From NCBI GenBank assembly GCA_023136775.1, contig JAGLQO010000001.1, positions 47,488 to 111,487 on the forward strand: a stretch of 64,000 nt of DNA. Reading direction: 5' to 3'. How positions within the stretch are numbered: the stretch's first letter is position 1; every line of letters begins with the position of its first letter. A program made the translations under genes and the position numbers. The DNA is from Candidatus Pacearchaeota archaeon (lineage in GTDB: Archaea; Nanobdellota; Nanobdellia; Pacearchaeales; GW2011-AR1). Shown here in pieces: positions 61,838-64,000 of this stretch. The notes under the pieces were generated by a model. It saw nothing but the letters and a program-made list of their open reading frames with translations. It made no database searches and was not told where the DNA came from.

Positions 61838-62650
61838 ATGAAAGAGTGGATAAAAAAATCCGATTTAATTTTGCCTAAAAGAAAATCAGATTCTAGAAAA
61901 GGGGAAAATGGAAAAGTTTTGATTATTGGAGGTTCGCCTGATTATGTTGGAGCTTTAGCTTTAGCTGGATTATCGGCTTTGAGGTCTGGAACAGATTGGG
62001 TAACTGTGGCAGCTCCAACAAAAGTTGGATGGGCAGTTAATTGTTTATCCTCAGATTTAGTTGTGAAAAAATTCTTAGGAAATTATTTTTCTAATCGTCA
62101 TTTAAATATTCTATTGAAAGAAGAGAAAGACTATGACATAGTTTTGATCGGAAACGGAATCGGATTAAAATCCTTGAATTTTTGTAAAAATTATATTAAA
62201 AAAAGCAAAAAAAGATTAGTTATAGATGCTGATGCATTGAAGTGCGTTAATATTGATTGGGTAAATAATTCTATTTTAACTCCGAATGAATTTGAATTTG
62301 AATGCATTTTGAAAAATTCTAAAGTAAAAAATAAGAATGGATTGCAAAAAAAACTGAGAGATAATGTGATAATTTTAAAAGGTGAAGTTGATGAAATAAT
62401 AACTGGGAATAAAATATTTTACAATAAAATTGGCAACGCTGGTATGACGAAAGCTGGAACTGGAGATGTTTTGGCAGGACTTAGTTTGGGATTTTATTCG
62501 CAAAATAATAATGCTCTTATGTCAGCAAAATTAGCAAGTTATTATAACGGGTTGATAGGTGATTTATTGTTGAAAAAACATAAAGGATATTTTTATTTGG
62601 CTAGCGATATAGTTGAGGAAATTGAAAAAATTATAAAGAAAAAATTATAA
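61838..62650 (+). CDS. nnrD: ADP-dependent NAD(P)H-hydrate dehydratase (YjeF C-terminal type)
   Basis: GENGKVLIIGGSPDYVGALALAG and GNAGMTKAGTGDVLAG motifs. Confidence 0.8.
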   Translation: MKEWIKKSDLILPKRKSDSRKGENGKVLIIGGSPDYVGALALAGLSALRSGTDWVTVAAPTKVGWAVNCLSSDLVVKKFLGNYFSNRHLNILLKEEKDYDIVLIGNGIGLKSLNFCKNYIKKSKKRLVIDADALKCVNIDWVNNSILTPNEFEFECILKNSKVKNKNGLQKKLRDNVIILKGEVDEIITGNKIFYNKIGNAGMTKAGTGDVLAGLSLGFYSQNNNALMSAKLASYYNGLIGDLLLKKHKGYFYLASDIVEEIEKIIKKKL

Positions 62651-62824
62651 ATAAATCTGATTATTCAAATTCATATAGTTCAATTTTAATTAAAATATTT
62701 CTGATTTCATCTATGGTTTTTTGTTAAAATTTTTAATAGTAACTATTTCTACTATGGCCATTTTTCCCTGCATCTTTTATAACTTCATCTATTGAAATAC
62801 ACCCTAGGAGGCATTAGTGATTCT

Positions 62825-63400
62825 CTAAGCTGTTTCCTCTTCTATAATTTCTTTATATCTAAAACACGAAACTTCGTGATCGTTAATCATTCCTATACTT
62901 TCCATATAGGCATACATAATTGTCGAGCCAACAAAATTCATTCCACGTGATTTTAAATCTTTAGAAATTTGGTCACTAAGTTCGGTCGATGCCGGCATTT
63001 CCCTCCAGTTCTTCCAGGAGTTTTTTATTGGAGTTCCGTTAACGAATCCCCAAATATATTTATCAAAACTTCCAAATTCTTTTTGAATTTCAATAAAAAC
63101 TTTAGCATTCTGAATCGCAGACCTAATCTTTAATTTATTTCTAATAATTCCTTCGTTGCTCAAAAGCTCTTGTACTTTTTCTTTTTTGTAGCTTGCAATT
63201 TTATGGACATCAAAATTATCAAAAGCCTCTCTGTAATTTTCTCGTTTTTTTAGAACTGTTAACCATGAAAGTCCAGCTTGTGCGCCCTCTAATACAATTA
63301 ATTCAAATAAAAATCTATCATCGTGACAAGGTTTCCCCCATTCTTCATCGTGATATTTTTCATAAATTTCAGATCCTAAACACCAATTACATCGTTTCAT
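62825..63400 (-). CDS. tag: DNA-3-methyladenine glycosylase I
   Basis: RCNWC...YHDEEWGKPCHDDRFLFELIVLEGAQAGLSWLTVLKKR is the Tag signature. Confidence 0.9.
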   Translation of the reverse strand: MKRCNWCLGSEIYEKYHDEEWGKPCHDDRFLFELIVLEGAQAGLSWLTVLKKRENYREAFDNFDVHKIASYKKEKVQELLSNEGIIRNKLKIRSAIQNAKVFIEIQKEFGSFDKYIWGFVNGTPIKNSWKNWREMPASTELSDQISKDLKSRGMNFVGSTIMYAYMESIGMINDHEVSCFRYKEIIEEETA

Positions 63401-63489
63401 AAATATAAAATTATAAATTAAATTAAAAACTTATCGTAGAAAATTGGAAAGAATTTTTTATTAATTACATAACAAGAGTTCCATTAAAC

Positions 63490-63604
63490 GGGAATTTAGA
63501 ATAAATTCCCTCATTATATTGAATTATCTGCGACAAAGTCGGTAAGGAATTCAGAAATAAAATCTTGTGTGGATTTTTACGAAGAAAATTTCACCAGAAA
63601 TTTT
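63490..63604 (-). ncRNA. structured RNA-like element, family copy B
   Basis: minus-strand order AAAATTTC-TGGT-GAAATTTT, AAAATC/GATTTT, TGAATT/AATTCA with inner CGAC-TTT-GTCG, GGGAATTTA-TTC-TAAATTCCC. Confidence 0.45.
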
Positions 63605-63616
63605 TTCGATTTATAT

Positions 63617-64000
63617 TTACTGTTTAGTGGGATTGCTTGTAACGGGCATCTTCTTGTTTGCGTGAGCACCTTCAGTTGTATGCTTAGCGGTTTTTGCAGC
63701 TTCCTTAGCCACTTTTGCATCTTTAATGGCTTCTGATTTTGCATCTTCTTTTTCAGCTACTTTATCATTAATTCCGTCTTTATCTTTGTCGTCAAGTTTC
63801 TTATCTTCTTTATGTTTCGGAGTTTTAACTTTTGAATTTTCAGCAGCTATTTTTCTCTTATCCATTCTGACCATATGAAATTTAACAGTTTCTGGGACGT
63901 CTGCTAATTCAGCATAAACAATTCCATCAATTTTTTTAGCTTTAACTTTAATCTTACTTGCTGGTTTCTTGATGCCTCTATACCATAATTCGTTATTCAA
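63617..64000 (-). CDS. Lys-rich hypothetical protein (5' end probably beyond right edge)
   Basis: ORF open to the window edge; the codon at the edge is TTG, not ATG. Confidence 0.45.
   Translation of the reverse strand: MNNELWYRGIKKPASKIKVKAKKIDGIVYAELADVPETVKFHMVRMDKRKIAAENSKVKTPKHKEDKKLDDKDKDGINDKVAEKEDAKSEAIKDAKVAKEAAKTAKHTTEGAHANKKMPVTSNPTKQ

Overview
AT-rich 64-kb window with two very different halves. (A) Positions 1 to ~32.6 kb hold about 55 short genes, all but one on the minus strand. Almost every gene has an AGGAG/GGAGG box 6-10 nt before the start codon and a hairpin terminator after the stop. The products are mostly secreted proteins, lipoproteins, beta-barrel-like proteins and small membrane proteins. 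This half also carries three ankyrin-repeat paralogues, an Fe-siderophore/B12-type ABC importer, six tRNA-like genes (most non-canonical) and several families of intergenic repeats. It reads like an accessory region of a diderm bacterium. (B) Positions ~32.95-64 kb hold archaeal (small-genome, DPANN-like) core genes: MCM, aRF1, L10e, L35Ae, RpoL, Cbf5, RadB, ScpB, ValRS and an RPA-like OB-fold protein. Promoters here are TATA-box/leaderless in style. The same half contains a mobile-looking patch at 32.9-37.4 kb: a HerA/FtsK-like ATPase module, a start-less GNAT ORF, and a BRO-N gene flanked by a 90-bp direct repeat. It also has a bacterial sigma-70-family gene next to a type IA topoisomerase, two RelE-type TA pairs, GC-rich motif islands, and a three-copy structured RNA-like element whose helices differ between copies by compensatory changes. 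No rRNA genes or CRISPR arrays were seen. All calls come from reading the sequence and ORF track by eye; no searches were run.
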